A stretch of 43,972 nt of DNA from Craspedostauros australis (taxonomy: Eukaryota): contig JALAGF010005524.1 of the NCBI GenBank assembly GCA_030167865.1, forward strand, positions 1-43,972, given 5' to 3'. Shown piece after piece: positions 12,206-27,500 of the stretch. Every line of letters starts with the position of its first letter. Positions within the stretch are counted from its first letter, which is position 1. The position numbers and the translations under genes were made by a program. Under the pieces are notes generated by a model that saw nothing but the letters and a program-made list of their open reading frames with translations, had not been told where the DNA came from and did not search any database.

Positions 12206-13783
12206 ATGGAAGATGCCGACTCAGAACTGGACGTCGAGGCGATTGCCGCCGAACCGATGGAAACAGAACCCGAGACGGAAGACGCCGGCGACAATGACGA
12301 GGACGAAGAGGGAGAAGAAATGGGAGGACAGGAACAAGAAGCAGACAACGAAGAAGGCGATGGTGATGATGAAGATGATGGTGCTGCTGACCAAGAGCAG
12401 GAAGAGGACGACGACGGAGATGACGACAATGAGGAAGGCGATGATGAAGATAATGAAGACGAGGAGAACGCCGACGAAAACGACGGGGATGCCCAAGACG
12501 GAGAGGGCGTAGAAGACGCCAACAATGAAGGAGGCGACGATGAAGAGGAAGACGACGACGACGAGGAAGAAGACGGAGCCGATCTAAATGCTGTGGTACG
12601 TATGTGGATGGATGATCCCCAGCTCTCATGATTCTCGCTTTATGATCATTATGAAGGCAGTGCTTGTTTGATGACGCTCCCCCTCTCACGAATGCATCCA
12701 TGCTCTGTCTCTCTCGCTGTGTGTGTGTGTGTGTGTGTATCTATTACAACCTGCTTCCGATTGTACTACCAATTGTGCTTCACTCAATTCATCCGAACTG
12801 TCATATCCATCGCACATTTTCACAGATCGAGCTCGGCAGTCGGGACACCGACGATGAGGAAGAGGAGGACGCAGAAGGTGACGCTGAAGCCGACAATGAA
12901 AACGATGAAGGTGACGGCAAGGAAGAGGACGAGGACGAGGAAGGTAACGATGGCAACGATGATGACGATGACGACGGCGAAACCGAGAATGAGAACAACG
13001 AGGATGACGACAATGATGCCGAGGAGGAGGAAGAGGATGGTGGCGATGAGGACGAAAACGACAACCAAGGCGAGACCGAGAATGAGAACGAAAACAACGA
13101 AGAGGAGGAGGAAGATGATGACGATGACAACAACGACGACGAAGACCAAGAAGGGGACGAAGACGAAAACGATGACGATGACAACAACGGCGCAGACAGT
13201 GACGAAGAAGGAGGTGACGATGGGGACAGCGATGAAGGAAAGTCGGATGAAGATGGCGATGATGACGACGATGACAGCGACGAAGAACTCGGAACAGCAG
13301 CGCTGTTAGGTCCAGAAATATATGATGAAGCAGATGCCGCCGTAGACTTCGTCCCAGAAGACAATGACGACCAAGACGACGACATCATCGAAGACGACGG
13401 AGAAGAAGACGACGACGACGACGATGTAAGCGACCCAACACTCTGCGAAAGTCAAGCAATGTTTTTGCTCCTTGCCCAATTGACAAACGCTGTCTGCGCT
13501 GCACGTCCACTTTAAACCCACGCTCACTCAACCGATGCCTTTCTCTCACATTCTCTCTCTCTCTTCCTCCCCACACGGCAATCGCCCATTCATGAAAACA
13601 TGATCAAATTGTATCGGTTTCCATCGGCATTGCAATGCACAGGATGACGAACGGCAAAACGAAGAGACCGACAACGCCGAGAACGATGGTGGCGACGAAG
13701 ACGGAAATGAAGACGACAATGACAACGAAGAAAACGACGATGGAGGGGAAGAGCCAGCGACAAAGAAACAGAGACAGGAGTAG
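12206..13783 (+). CDS. Highly acidic disordered nuclear protein, prothymosin/CHZ/ANP32-tail-like (~376 aa); exons 12206-12595, 12826-13425, 13643-13783
   Basis: Three D/E-rich blocks joined by two phase-0 GT-AG introns. It ends in EEPATKKQRQE* (NLS-like) and has one hydrophobic island, ELGTAALLGPEIYDEADAAVDFVPED. Confidence 0.8.
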
Positions 13784-13943
13784 GCTCTCGCCGACACACA
13801 ACAGCTGCGCCATTTCAGAAATAGAGTATTGGTACTCCAACGAACTCTCCTGCAGAGTGCAGCGGTTGAAGGGATTCACAAGCGTGTAGAGCACTACTCT
13901 ACTGAAAAGATAAAGTCCGCCGCAGTAGGCTTCGTACATTGTC

Positions 13944-14702
13944 TCACCTTGTTGGTTCTGTGTTAGACTCGTCGCCCTCCTCTGCAAGCAGCGGCTGCTC
14001 GCTCAGTTTTTCGTATATCCTCATCTCCTGCTGATCGTAAATGATGTTGGCCTTGAGCAAAGGTGCATCATCTTTATCGTCGCCTTTCGGCTGCCCCGAC
14101 GACCCGCACAGGGGTATTCCGAATCGATACGACAGCACGTGCGTCCCGCTGTCACACTCGTCCTCCAACTTCTGGCTGATCTGCCGCATCAACGGCGTCA
14201 CGCCAAAGATCATGACGGTGTCGGCCGCGAAATCCCGCTGCAAATGGTAATCGAACATGTTGGCCCACAGGATCTGGGACCGCGACCGCTCCTGCCGCGT
14301 GAACAGGAACTGCCGCCGCAACGACGACAGCATCCACAGCGAGAAATTGAGCTCCAGCCCGATGGCGCGATATCCCAACCGCGCGGCCTGCTGCACGGCC
14401 TCGCCGTCGCCGCTGCCCAGATCGACAAAGACCTTCTTGCAGTGCTGGCGTTGCAGATGCTGCAAGGCTCGCCTGACTTTGGCCTTGGGCGTCGCCATGT
14501 AGGGCAGTTTGGAACGCGTGAAGACGAACGGCGCCGTCAAGCCGCACAGCACGCCGACCGTTGACGCGAAGATGATGCCGGCCGTGCGCAGATTGGTGTT
14601 GGGCGGCGCTTCCGCATTCCAATCCTGGAGGCCGAAGGTCTTCATGTCGATCTTATCGTCGGCGCTGTTGTTGCGAACGTTATTCTTCTTGTCGTCGTTC
14701 AT
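13944..14702 (-). CDS. FAM173/ATPSCKMT-ANTKMT-like SAM-dependent protein lysine methyltransferase
   Basis: N-terminal TM segment, then APFV..LPYMATP, motif I VDLGSGDG, post-I GLELN, VMIFGV and VLSYRF. Confidence 0.8.
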   Translation of the reverse strand: MNDDKKNNVRNNSADDKIDMKTFGLQDWNAEAPPNTNLRTAGIIFASTVGVLCGLTAPFVFTRSKLPYMATPKAKVRRALQHLQRQHCKKVFVDLGSGDGEAVQQAARLGYRAIGLELNFSLWMLSSLRRQFLFTRQERSRSQILWANMFDYHLQRDFAADTVMIFGVTPLMRQISQKLEDECDSGTHVLSYRFGIPLCGSSGQPKGDDKDDAPLLKANIIYDQQEMRIYEKLSEQPLLAEEGDESNTEPTR

Positions 14703-15113
14703 CGTGTGCTTCAATGCTGCAGTCGGTGGATGGACTCTTCAGTTTGGTAGCCTATGCGACAGAGTGTTGGTACCATACTTGTGCTGGTGCCAGCTGTTGA
14801 TTGGAGAGGATCAGCAAAGAGTGAGGATCTTCGCATCGATGCCAAACCAACAGACAACGCGAACTCTTCGGAAACAATCAACAAGTCTATAGAAATGAGT
14901 ATAGAATAGGATAAACATACCGGTACTAGTCGTACCTGCAATAATAGTACTACTAGGACGATGGACGATGGACGATGAACGATGATACTACTTGTCGGAC
15001 CTCTTCTATTACTACATGTTGAGTGTTCTATTATATAACACGATCCAAATGCTTCAGACTATCATACCTCGCAATACACCCATCTCAACTCGACGATCGA
15101 TCATGACATCGTA

Positions 15114-16181
15114 TCAACAATGTGAATCTCCGTCACGCAGAGTGCGAATGACATCCTCGAATAGCATACGCCAGTGTTCGTTGTCGCCATGTGTGCGAAG
15201 CAGTTGGGAGTACAGCTCCATGGTTTGGCGTATCTTCGTGGCCGGTTCTGCGCCAGGATCCTCCAGAGACGACCACGGAAATTGAGAAACGCGCAGCACG
15301 ACCAAGATGGAACCAAGGATCGCCGCGCTATGCAACTGCAACGATGGTTGGGTTGCATCCAACGCACGGTGCCACACAGTCGCCACGAGTTGCGGATCCA
15401 GCTGCTTGAGTCGCGCGCAGGACATCCGCTGGCACCAGCCATCGAACCATTCTGCGAATGGATCCATCTCGACCAAGGCGGGTGCCGATTGTATCCAAAA
15501 TGCAAAGACCTTGGATTCCAATTGTCGCATCGACGTGTCCTTCGAGAACGACATGCCATCACGCTGCATCAGATCGATCCAGATGTCCTTCCAGGTCACG
15601 AGGACGCACGACATCGTTGTCGACGATGACTGCTCTCGCAACAGCGCAATGGATGCCTCCAACACCACGTTGCACAAATCCACTTGCAACGACAAATGCT
15701 CCATCGACGACGACCGCATGCCATCGTACCACGACCGCACCACCTCCACGTACGCCCGATCTTGCGTGAGACCGTCCAAGACGATGGCGCGCAATGTGGA
15801 TTCCCAATCGGGCGCCACATCATCGACGTGCATCTTGCGCAGCAGTTCGACGCGTTGTGGCGATTTCAGCACGTCCTCGCCGCGAATGATGGGACCGAAG
15901 GGATGATCGAACAGCGAGAATGATTGCGTCGGCTGTGGGGCCGAGTCGTTGCAGATGCTCGTGAGCTTGGTCTGGATCTCATCGCGATGCTGCGGCGAGG
16001 ACCACAGTTGGATGGCGGATCGTAGCGTATGGCCGTCATTCGTGCTGGTATCATGGTGGCGTGCAATTTGCCGCATCCATTCGCGCAGCTGCTCGTTGTT
16101 TGTGATGGGAGGTCCATCAGGGTAGTGCAGCACCAGCTGTTCCGCCAGCGCGTCCCTCACATCGTCGTTGATTGTTGTCAT
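15114..16181 (-). CDS. Hypothetical helical protein (~355 aa)
   Basis: Long open frame from MTTINDD with coding-like composition. No confident family call. Confidence 0.65.
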   Translation of the reverse strand: MTTINDDVRDALAEQLVLHYPDGPPITNNEQLREWMRQIARHHDTSTNDGHTLRSAIQLWSSPQHRDEIQTKLTSICNDSAPQPTQSFSLFDHPFGPIIRGEDVLKSPQRVELLRKMHVDDVAPDWESTLRAIVLDGLTQDRAYVEVVRSWYDGMRSSSMEHLSLQVDLCNVVLEASIALLREQSSSTTMSCVLVTWKDIWIDLMQRDGMSFSKDTSMRQLESKVFAFWIQSAPALVEMDPFAEWFDGWCQRMSCARLKQLDPQLVATVWHRALDATQPSLQLHSAAILGSILVVLRVSQFPWSSLEDPGAEPATKIRQTMELYSQLLRTHGDNEHWRMLFEDVIRTLRDGDSHC

Positions 16182-16615
16182 GGTGTGAGTGTTATGCTTG
16201 TTGTGCTTGTTAGTCGTATGCTTGTTGTATGTTTGTTGTACTCTCTCTCTCTCTCTCTCCACAGAGACACAAGAATAGTGTACTACTCTGGTGCTGTGCT
16301 GTGTTGATGATCTGTTGCGTGTTCTGTGCTCTTGTGCGATCTTTCCGCAGTCTTAGATTTTGTGAGGCGAATCCTCGTCGCTGGAAGCGAGACACAAGAT
16401 CGACAAGTCCCATGCCAACCGATACTCTTTGGCACTCAACTACGCCACTCATACTCGTATGTATTGCATAATACAATATATAACATATAACATGATACAA
16501 CACTGATCCACCAAATCCCAGATGCCACTAATACTATTTCTTATCGGAGCAATGGTGTGCTCGGCTCATGTTCATTTCAGTCTATTCGTTTCATGTCGTA
16601 TACGCCACTCATTCT

Positions 16616-19267
<2,652 letters not shown>

Positions 19268-19979
19268 CGTTTCGGGAATTGCGTCTTGGGTGGATTATGG
19301 TTTGATTGGAATGGTGTGAGACGATGATGGATGGTGCAGAGTATGCATTCTGTTCTTGCGTGCTGTTGAACCTCGCGTCAATCACCGACCCTGCCGCATC
19401 ACGCGTAAACACGTGTACCGACCAATCCAAAGGATGTCAGGGATCGTCGAAGGGCCACCAATGAGTTTTCCGAATGGTGGGACGTACAGACGACACGGGG
19501 AAAGAGTATCCATGTTTCGTATTCGTGATTCGATCATGCACAAATCGAGAGCGAATCATCCTCTCGGCTTCTTCCCAAGTCGGCATGTACAATAATACCA
19601 AGTCCCAATACTCTACTCTATCATAGAATAAATCGCAATGCAATGCAATACAATCCAAGTAGGAAAGCATTCTGAAGTCCTGATCCAAGGTAGTCACAGT
19701 TATCGGCTTTGTTATGGATTGTTGCTGTTACGCCAAAAAATGGTAGAGGTGTCCATCATAGTACATTCTGAAGGCGCCAGTTCTTCTGAGTTTCAGGTCG
19801 CTGTCGATGTCGTTGCCTTTGTCAATATTCGTACAACCAAGAGAGCACAGGGAGGGAGTGGGACATCCACGATCATAATAATAATAATGACATGTGTCGT
19901 TGCCCATTCCATCTTCGTTGCCGACATCGCTCCCTATCTCTCTGTGGTTGTAAAAGTGTGTACTTGCGAGTCTCCCTTT

Positions 19980-20594
19980 TTACTTTGCCAGCGCGAATGT
20001 CATTTCCTTGACAACAACTGCGACGGTGCCGTCGACGTATCCCGTTCCAGTCGCCTTGGCCAAGCCGAATTTCTTGTTCCACTTCTTGATCTCGACCTCC
20101 ATGACAAGGGTATCGCCGGGCACAACGGGCTTCTTCCACTTGATGCCGTCGGCACCGGCAAAGAAGAAGACGGCACCGGGTTCGGCACCCTCCATCTGCA
20201 ACGCCACGATGCCGGCCAGCTGCGCCATGGCTTCCACTTGCAGCACGCCCGGCATGATGGGACGGCCCGGGAAGTGACCGTTGAAGAATTCCTCGTTCTT
20301 CGTGACGCTCTTGAGGCCGACAGCGCGCTTGCCGGCTTCGTACTCGACGACGCGGTCGACCAGAGCGAAGGGGTATCGGTGGGGCAGGAGGTTGTCGATA
20401 TCCTCGGTTGTGAAGACGGTGTTGATGTTCTGGGTCAAGGCCGAGATTTCTTCGGCGCCGGACGGGACGACGACCTCGTCATCCTTCTTCTTGCCGGCCA
20501 ACGATGTGGAGCGCGTGGCGGATTGCTGCACGGTGGCCGTGAAGGCCGTGGCAGTGGTGGCGAGAGTTGCCAGGAACAGGGCTGCGATCTTCAT
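19980..20594 (-). CDS. fabZ: Plastid 3-hydroxyacyl-ACP dehydratase
   Basis: [47 protein letters not shown]. Presequence [18 protein letters not shown]. Confidence 0.96.
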   Translation of the reverse strand: MKIAALFLATLATTATAFTATVQQSATRSTSLAGKKKDDEVVVPSGAEEISALTQNINTVFTTEDIDNLLPHRYPFALVDRVVEYEAGKRAVGLKSVTKNEEFFNGHFPGRPIMPGVLQVEAMAQLAGIVALQMEGAEPGAVFFFAGADGIKWKKPVVPGDTLVMEVEIKKWNKKFGLAKATGTGYVDGTVAVVVKEMTFALAK

Positions 20595-21848
20595 TGTTGT
20601 TGGGCTGTTGAGTGTTGATGGGTGATCTATTCGGGTGGATGGTATGGTATCTTGCGCAAGACGGAGATGTGACGAGGCAAGAAGAAGATGGTGGTCGTGA
20701 AGTTGTTGCGGTTGTCTTCCGATTGGAGATGGTGCTGCGGCGTCGATGGTTGTGCATTCTGCCGCGTTGAGCAACATCGCATTGGATTGCGTGGCGTTGC
20801 ATGGCATTGCATCGCATTGATTTGCCAAGACGTCACACAATTCAGTCTCGAGGATCATTTTGAATCACGAGATGTCAGCGAAACGCTTGTTGATTGAGGA
20901 CTTTCAACACCATTGATTCACGAGTGACGTTTGGGTGAATGGAATTGCTTTGATGGCTCTCGTGACACCTTCGTGTTGGCATCGTTGTGGCATGGGTATT
21001 GGATAGTGCGATTGAGGACGAGTGGAAGCTGTTTGTCTCGGGTTGATGGGTTGGATACGCACTTGATGTTGTTGGCTGCCTCCTTGATTGGTCGTCGTTG
21101 TGGTTGCTGAGACGTTGGCAACGTCGCTCATGCCAATTGTTGCTCGTTGAGAACTGCGACAGATTACTTGTATCTGCACGAGCTACGGATCGCGTGTGTC
21201 ACGAAAGACCAACTCGATTGCCGAAAAAGATACGAACCCAAACAGCAAAACCCAACCAACCAGACAGCAACACCTCGATCGGCAACAGACAGCAAACATC
21301 AACATCTCCACCAACATCGGTGCCATCAACATCGACAACAGAGAAGCACATCGTCGACAACCACCCCTATCCGATCCAAGTCTCTCGCACGAGTGCATTG
21401 CTCTACTCGACCGACTACACATCAACAACCCTGGCGCCCAGTTGCATCCCCAATCGTAGATAGGATACCCTACCCCAGCATCAGCACCAGTATCAGCATC
21501 GACATCAGCACCAGCACCAGCATCAACATCAGCATCGACGCCGACATCACAAGGATCGAGAGCAGGCCAATCACTTCGCCAACCTCCGAAGCATCCGCCG
21601 TTCCACTCATCAATCCATCAGCCCACATTGGATTCCGAATCACGACTCCTCTGCTGCAATCCGATCGACCAACCCATCAGCCGATCTGTATCCACCGATT
21701 GCTCCAGTACATCACACAAACCCATACTCTACCCTACTCTCCTCCACTCCCCTAAGTTGATCCTATCCACGCACAAGGAGACTCCACGCCAACCAACATC
21801 CCAGCACACCACATCGCACACCCATCAACAACAGAATAGAACAGAACA

Positions 21849-24164
21849 ATGGTGAAACTCGGAGCAGCCCTCACTGTGCTGTTGGCATTCCACTGCCAAC
21901 AGCAGCAACAGCAACGATCCAGCAATGTGGTCAGCGCCTTCAACCTCGCCACCACGTCCACATCGCCGATCCGCACTGCCGCGCAGCTGTCATCGATGCA
22001 ACTCAATGCCGAGGGCAGCCCCATCATGATGCCGGCTCTGTCGTCCACAATGAAGGAAGGCAAGGTCGTCGAATGGCTCAAATCGGAAGGCGATGAGATC
22101 ACTGCCGGAGACGCCATCATGGTGGTGGAGAGCGACAAGGCCGACATGGACGTCGAGGCCTTCGAGGACGGATACCTGGCCAAGATCCTCATCGACGCCG
22201 GCGAGATGGCGCCCGTCGGTGAGGCCGTCGCCGTCATCGCTTCCAGCGAAGATGAGATCGCCGAGGTTGCGGCGTCGTTCGGAACGGGAGCAATTGCTGC
22301 CACTGGAGGTGAGTCATCGTCCACGGCATCGCTCGATGACGGATACACGGAGATCTTCATGCCTGCGTTATCCTCCACGATGAGCGAAGGCAAAGTTGTG
22401 GAATGGTTGAAGCGGGTGGGCGATTTCGTCGAAGCTGGCGAAGCGCTCATGGTTGTGGAGAGTGACAAGGCCGACATGGATGTAGAAGCCTTCGAAGACG
22501 GTTATCTCGCATCCATTCTCAAGGGGGAGGGAGAGATGGCAGATGTCGGTGCGCCTGTGGGAATCCTCGTACCCAACAAGGAGGATGTCGTCAAACTGTC
22601 GTCTCATGATGTTGTTGCCACCACTGCTGCTGCTATCTCTTCTTCCTCCACGTCCAATTCTGCAGGCGATGATGCCGCCGCTGCAGCGCCAGCCGATACC
22701 CCCGACTTCGAATTCAGCCAAATTGACATGCCAGCGCTGTCCTCCACCATGAAGGAAGGTAAGGTCGTGTCCTGGTTGAAGGCCGAAGGTGATCCAATCT
22801 CCAGCGGCGATGCCATCATGGTCGTGGAAAGTGACAAGGCCGACATGGACGTCGAAGCGTTCGAAGATGGTTTCCTGGCTGCCATCCTCACGGAGGAAGG
22901 CGAAAGCGGCATCGTTGGAGCGCCCGTGGCTCTCATCGCCGCCGAGGAAGGCGATGTGGCAGCACTCAAGGCGTACGCCGAGACCTTGTCCGGTGCCCCA
23001 CCCGCGGCGGCCGCAGCTGCGGTTCCAGCTGCTGCTGCTGCAGCCCCCAAAACGGTCGCAGCTGCCGCCCCGGCCGTCGTCGCCTCAGGTGACCGCGTCG
23101 TCGCCTCCCCGCTCGCCAAGAAGAAGGCCGAGGAGCTCGGCATCGATATCGCCACCATCGTCGGAACGGGTCCAAACGGACGCATCACCGCCAGCGACGT
23201 CGAGGCCGTTGCGTCCGGTGCCGCCCCGGCCGCCGCCGCTGCTGCTCCAGTTGCTGCCGCACCGGCTAAGCCATCGTGGACGCCAGCCGCCGGCGTCGTC
23301 GCCGCAACTCCCATGGCCCGCGCCGCCGCTAAGAAGGCCAAGCTCGATCTGGCCTCCATCGTCGGAACCGGCGAATTCGGACGTGTCACCGTCGACGACG
23401 TCAAGATGGCCACGGGCGAGAAGACCGCCGAGCGCAAGCACACCACCGCCGCATCCGGCGAACCGGCACCCGAACTGCCCGATGGCTTTGTCCCATTCAC
23501 GGGCATGCAGAAGGCCGTCAGCAAGAACATGGACGCCACCCTCACCGTGCCCGTCTTCCGCGTGACGCGCGAGATCGAGATGGACGCCTTCGAGACTCTC
23601 TATCAGAAGCTGAAACCGCAGGGCGTCACCGTCTCGGCCCTGCTCGCCAAGGCCGTGGCATTGGCCATCGAGAAGCACCCCATCATCAACAGCTCCTACT
23701 CCGAGCAGGACGGTGGCGGATTCCTCTACAAGAAGGACATCAACATCGCCATGGCGGTTGCCATCGACGGCGGCCTCATCACGCCCACCCTCATGTACGC
23801 CAACGAACGTCCCGTCGTGGAACTGGGCGAGAACTGGAAGGAGCTCGTCGGCAAGGCCAAGAGCGGCACCCTGTCGCCGGCCGAGTACACCACCGGAACC
23901 TTCACCATCTCCAACATGGGCATGTTCGGCGTCACCGATTTCGGCGCCCTGCTGCCGGTCGGACAGGGCGGCATCTTGGCCGTCGGCGGAACCCAGGACT
24001 TCATCGTCCCAGACAACCAGGCCATACTGGGAATGAAGAAGGTCCGCAAGATGAAGGTCACGCTGAGCTGCGATCACCGACAGATCTACGGTGCCGACGC
24101 CGCGCTCTTCCTCAAGACGTTGGCCGAGGTCATGACGACTGGTCTCGACAAGGTCGCCAAGTAA
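21849..24164 (+). CDS. pdhC: Plastid pyruvate dehydrogenase E2 (dihydrolipoamide acetyltransferase) with three lipoyl domains and two subunit-binding domains
   Basis: Three copies of MPALSSTM.EGKVV.WLK...VVESDKADMDVEAFEDG. Two PSBD motifs (ASPLAKK...GTGPNGRIT; ATPMAR...GTGEFGRVT). Catalytic DHRQIYGAD is of the cyanobacterial/plastid type. Signal peptide plus VSAF. Confidence 0.95.
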   Translation: MVKLGAALTVLLAFHCQQQQQQRSSNVVSAFNLATTSTSPIRTAAQLSSMQLNAEGSPIMMPALSSTMKEGKVVEWLKSEGDEITAGDAIMVVESDKADMDVEAFEDGYLAKILIDAGEMAPVGEAVAVIASSEDEIAEVAASFGTGAIAATGGESSSTASLDDGYTEIFMPALSSTMSEGKVVEWLKRVGDFVEAGEALMVVESDKADMDVEAFEDGYLASILKGEGEMADVGAPVGILVPNKEDVVKLSSHDVVATTAAAISSSSTSNSAGDDAAAAAPADTPDFEFSQIDMPALSSTMKEGKVVSWLKAEGDPISSGDAIMVVESDKADMDVEAFEDGFLAAILTEEGESGIVGAPVALIAAEEGDVAALKAYAETLSGAPPAAAAAAVPAAAAAAPKTVAAAAPAVVASGDRVVASPLAKKKAEELGIDIATIVGTGPNGRITASDVEAVASGAAPAAAAAAPVAAAPAKPSWTPAAGVVAATPMARAAAKKAKLDLASIVGTGEFGRVTVDDVKMATGEKTAERKHTTAASGEPAPELPDGFVPFTGMQKAVSKNMDATLTVPVFRVTREIEMDAFETLYQKLKPQGVTVSALLAKAVALAIEKHPIINSSYSEQDGGGFLYKKDINIAMAVAIDGGLITPTLMYANERPVVELGENWKELVGKAKSGTLSPAEYTTGTFTISNMGMFGVTDFGALLPVGQGGILAVGGTQDFIVPDNQAILGMKKVRKMKVTLSCDHRQIYGADAALFLKTLAEVMTTGLDKVAK

Positions 24165-24530
24165 GTGGGCATGGTATCATATGATACTTGGAAAGCGGCA
24201 TGTTTCTCGAACGACGTGAAAGTTTGAGAAATGTGTACAGCCGTTGGCCTACCAGTACCATTTCAATGACAGCAACCAAGCAATACACTGCTCTGTTATT
24301 GCAGAGTGTCATATTCTCTAGCTACAACAACGACGATTACAATCCACGGAATACTCTAGAGAGTAGTGGTATGATGCTCTCTGTATGTGTTGTCATTCCT
24401 CGCATAATATGCCATACCAAACACAAATTAACACTCATAGATACTGGACACCATGCCATAACTTTGGTCTTGTGATTATACCCATACTATGTGCAACGGC
24501 AACTGTTTTACATACGACGAAGAGTTATCC

Positions 24531-27500
24531 TCATCGACGCCCAGTCATACTCGTACCCACACAGTAGTCTTCGCACAACTGCAGATACTTGTCATCATCG
24601 GGCCGTATCTTCATCATCCATTCCACAGTGACCTTGTTGGGATGTGGGATGTACTGTCGCACAAAGTCTTCGACCGCCTCGCTATCGGATTGCGTGCGAT
24701 GCCAAACTTGCAAGACAGCATTGTATGTTTCCAGGTTGGGCATGGGGATATCTTGCATTCGTTGCATCGCTTGCTCCACGCTCGAGCTCGTCGCCAAGAA
24801 CGCATTGTGAATCTCCGTGTCGCGATGGCGCTCTGGAATCTCCGCAAAGAGCACAGCAGCAGCGTCGTCGTCAGCTTCGCCATTTCTGTTTATCGGCTGA
24901 TTCGCGTAGGCACGAAACAGGGCAACGTACACGCGCTGGTTGAATGCGACCTGATCGATACCGACGAACCCATCCTGGCTTTGGATCTTCGCGATGATGC
25001 CCAGGATGCGTTGCGGTGCGTCATCCAAGGTCGTGGAGTTGGACAAGGCATGGATGACGGCCACGTAGCCCTCGGGGGAAGGGCGGAATCCCATGTCGTC
25101 GTCCTCCTGCTGCAGGGTCTCGGCAAAACGCAGGATGTTCTCAGCGCGTTCCGCGGCGTTGGGGGATTTGCTCCAGCATCGCAGGACCTTTTCGAGGACT
25201 GAGAATTTGGGTTTGTTGATGTGTCCATCCTCGGCGTGCTGTTGCATGCGCAGGAAGATGGATTCGGAGAGCTTCCCTGCCTTTTCATCGTCGCTGCGGA
25301 CGAGGGCATCGAGAACGATATCGAAGTGCTTGCTTTGGATGCGATCCAACTTGTGTCGCCGCGTCGCCTGCTTTTGATTCAGAATCATCTGCAGGATTGT
25401 GGATTTCAGCATGGCTCGATCCTCCGGAAGTGCTTCCAAGATGCGCGGCGAAATGAGATTGGCCTGACCTTCATATTGCGACTGCAAGCGAGCCAGGGCG
25501 CCCCAGACATCATCGACCATGTCGCCGCGTTTCTGCTTGGTCGCTGCTGCGATGAGCTTGACGAAGATGTCGGCGATGTCGTGTGTATCCTCACCTTGCA
25601 GAGTCGGTTCGGAACGCGCGGCAAACTCCACCATCTCGTGCATCATGGCGATAGCCTTGTCCAGCCGCGTGTGTATGGTCGCGAGCTTGTCCAAGGCGTC
25701 GGCGTAAGCACTCAACACGACAAAGGCATCGTGCGACTCATCGACCGGCATGCCAGTTATCAAGCAAGCAGAAAGGAATTCCCGATTCGGATCTGCCAAG
25801 CCCGCTCGATAGATGCGATCCATGTGCTGCTGACGTTCCGGCAATCCGCTGTGGGACCATGCAATGAGCGAGTGCAGGACCGAATTCTGAGTGATGATGT
25901 CCAGTATGGAACGGGCCATGACCTCATTGGACGACGACAAGATGAGGAGTGCGTTCAACGCCAACATGGTCTGCTCCCGATCCAGAGGTCGCCGCATGGC
26001 ACGCAATTGATTTGCGATGATCTGCAGAATCTGCTGACAACGATCGTCGTCGTGTTGCCAAATGCGAAAGGCCTTGTCGAGCACCTTGATTTTGAGACTC
26101 CGATTGCGAGATTCGACCGCGCGGTTGGCCTGGTGGATTAGATCGAAGGCATGCGACGGGATGCCATCGTCGCCGTTGTGTGACATGCACTGTTCGTATG
26201 CCTCGAGCGCCACCCATGCTGTTGTGATGGTTGGTTCGGTATGCTGGTGCAGCTGCTCCAGAACGGCGTTGATTTTGGGGATGGATTCCGACTGTTGCGT
26301 GGCGCCCCATGCCTGCAATGCAACGTTGAAGGGAATGTCAGACAGGTTGCTCTGCGTGTCCCCGTATTGCCGTTGCTGCGCGATGAGCAGATCCAGAATC
26401 TCCTGGACCCTGTGCGGCGATTGATGCTTGCGCCAGGCCGTCATGACGTTGGCGAAGGCGATGGGCGAGATGGGATCGTGATGCACACGGCCCTCTTCGA
26501 TGAGATCGCGCAGCATGCCATCCGCCTTGTGTGGCATGCCGCATTTGGACCATAGGGAGAGGAGGAGGAGATCCGATCCGCCACGCCGCTGACTCCTGGT
26601 GGGCATGCGCTGGTTGATATCCGTCTCGCACGACGCTATCATTTGATGCAGCAGCGCTTCGGCCCTGTGAGGTGCGAGAGGATGCAGGTACAACTTCTCC
26701 CATGCCGCGATGATGGACGCGTAGAGGGCGACGCCCGGCATGGAGGTGCTGTAGTTTTGCATCTGACGCAGCCAATGTTCCGCATATTCGGGGGCCTTGT
26801 ACGGCACCCTGCTGCGCAATCTGCAAGTTTGTGACCAGACGTGTATCATGTAGGAAAATGCGTTCTTGTTGGGCATCATGCCGTGCATGTTGTGATGGGT
26901 GGCGTACTTGAGCACATGCGTCATGATGCCGTCCATCATGTAGGCCATCCACGATGATGGATCGACGGTGTTGTCGCTGTTATTCTTGCTGTTGCTGCCA
27001 CCACCATTGGTACGAGTAGGACGCTGATATTTCATGCACCGGCTCAGCAATGGATTGAGGAAGGTGGAGGCTTGCGTGACGGTCCGCGCTTCGAGGATGC
27101 AATAATCCATATACTGCTGCATGGTTTGGATGGCGTCATTGTGCGCCCCTGCAGTGTTGGGATGTCGCAGCCATGCATCGAGCAGCGTGACCAAGGTTGA
27201 CGCGTCCGGCACCATGAAGAAGCGATGCTGCAGTTCGTCGGTCGCGGTCTCTGACAGCAGTTCGTCGTCCAACTGCTTGTCGCTGGCCGCGACGATATGC
27301 TGCCAGACGAGATCGGCTTTGGGCGCCATGCCAGGTGTGACGATGTACGCCTCCATGAGGGTTGCGTACAACGCGACGGACTGGGGATGATGATGTGTGG
27401 CTGCCGAAAGGATTTGGGGACACCAGTCGATCTGTTGCTGCGCGATGGCGCATTCCATCAAGCAGCGGTACGATTCCAGATTGAGCAATGGGTGCAAATC

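Noticed and set aside
12596..12825. Second C/D snoRNA in the acidic-gene intron (TTGATGA)
   Set aside because: No suitably placed CTGA box and no terminal stem.
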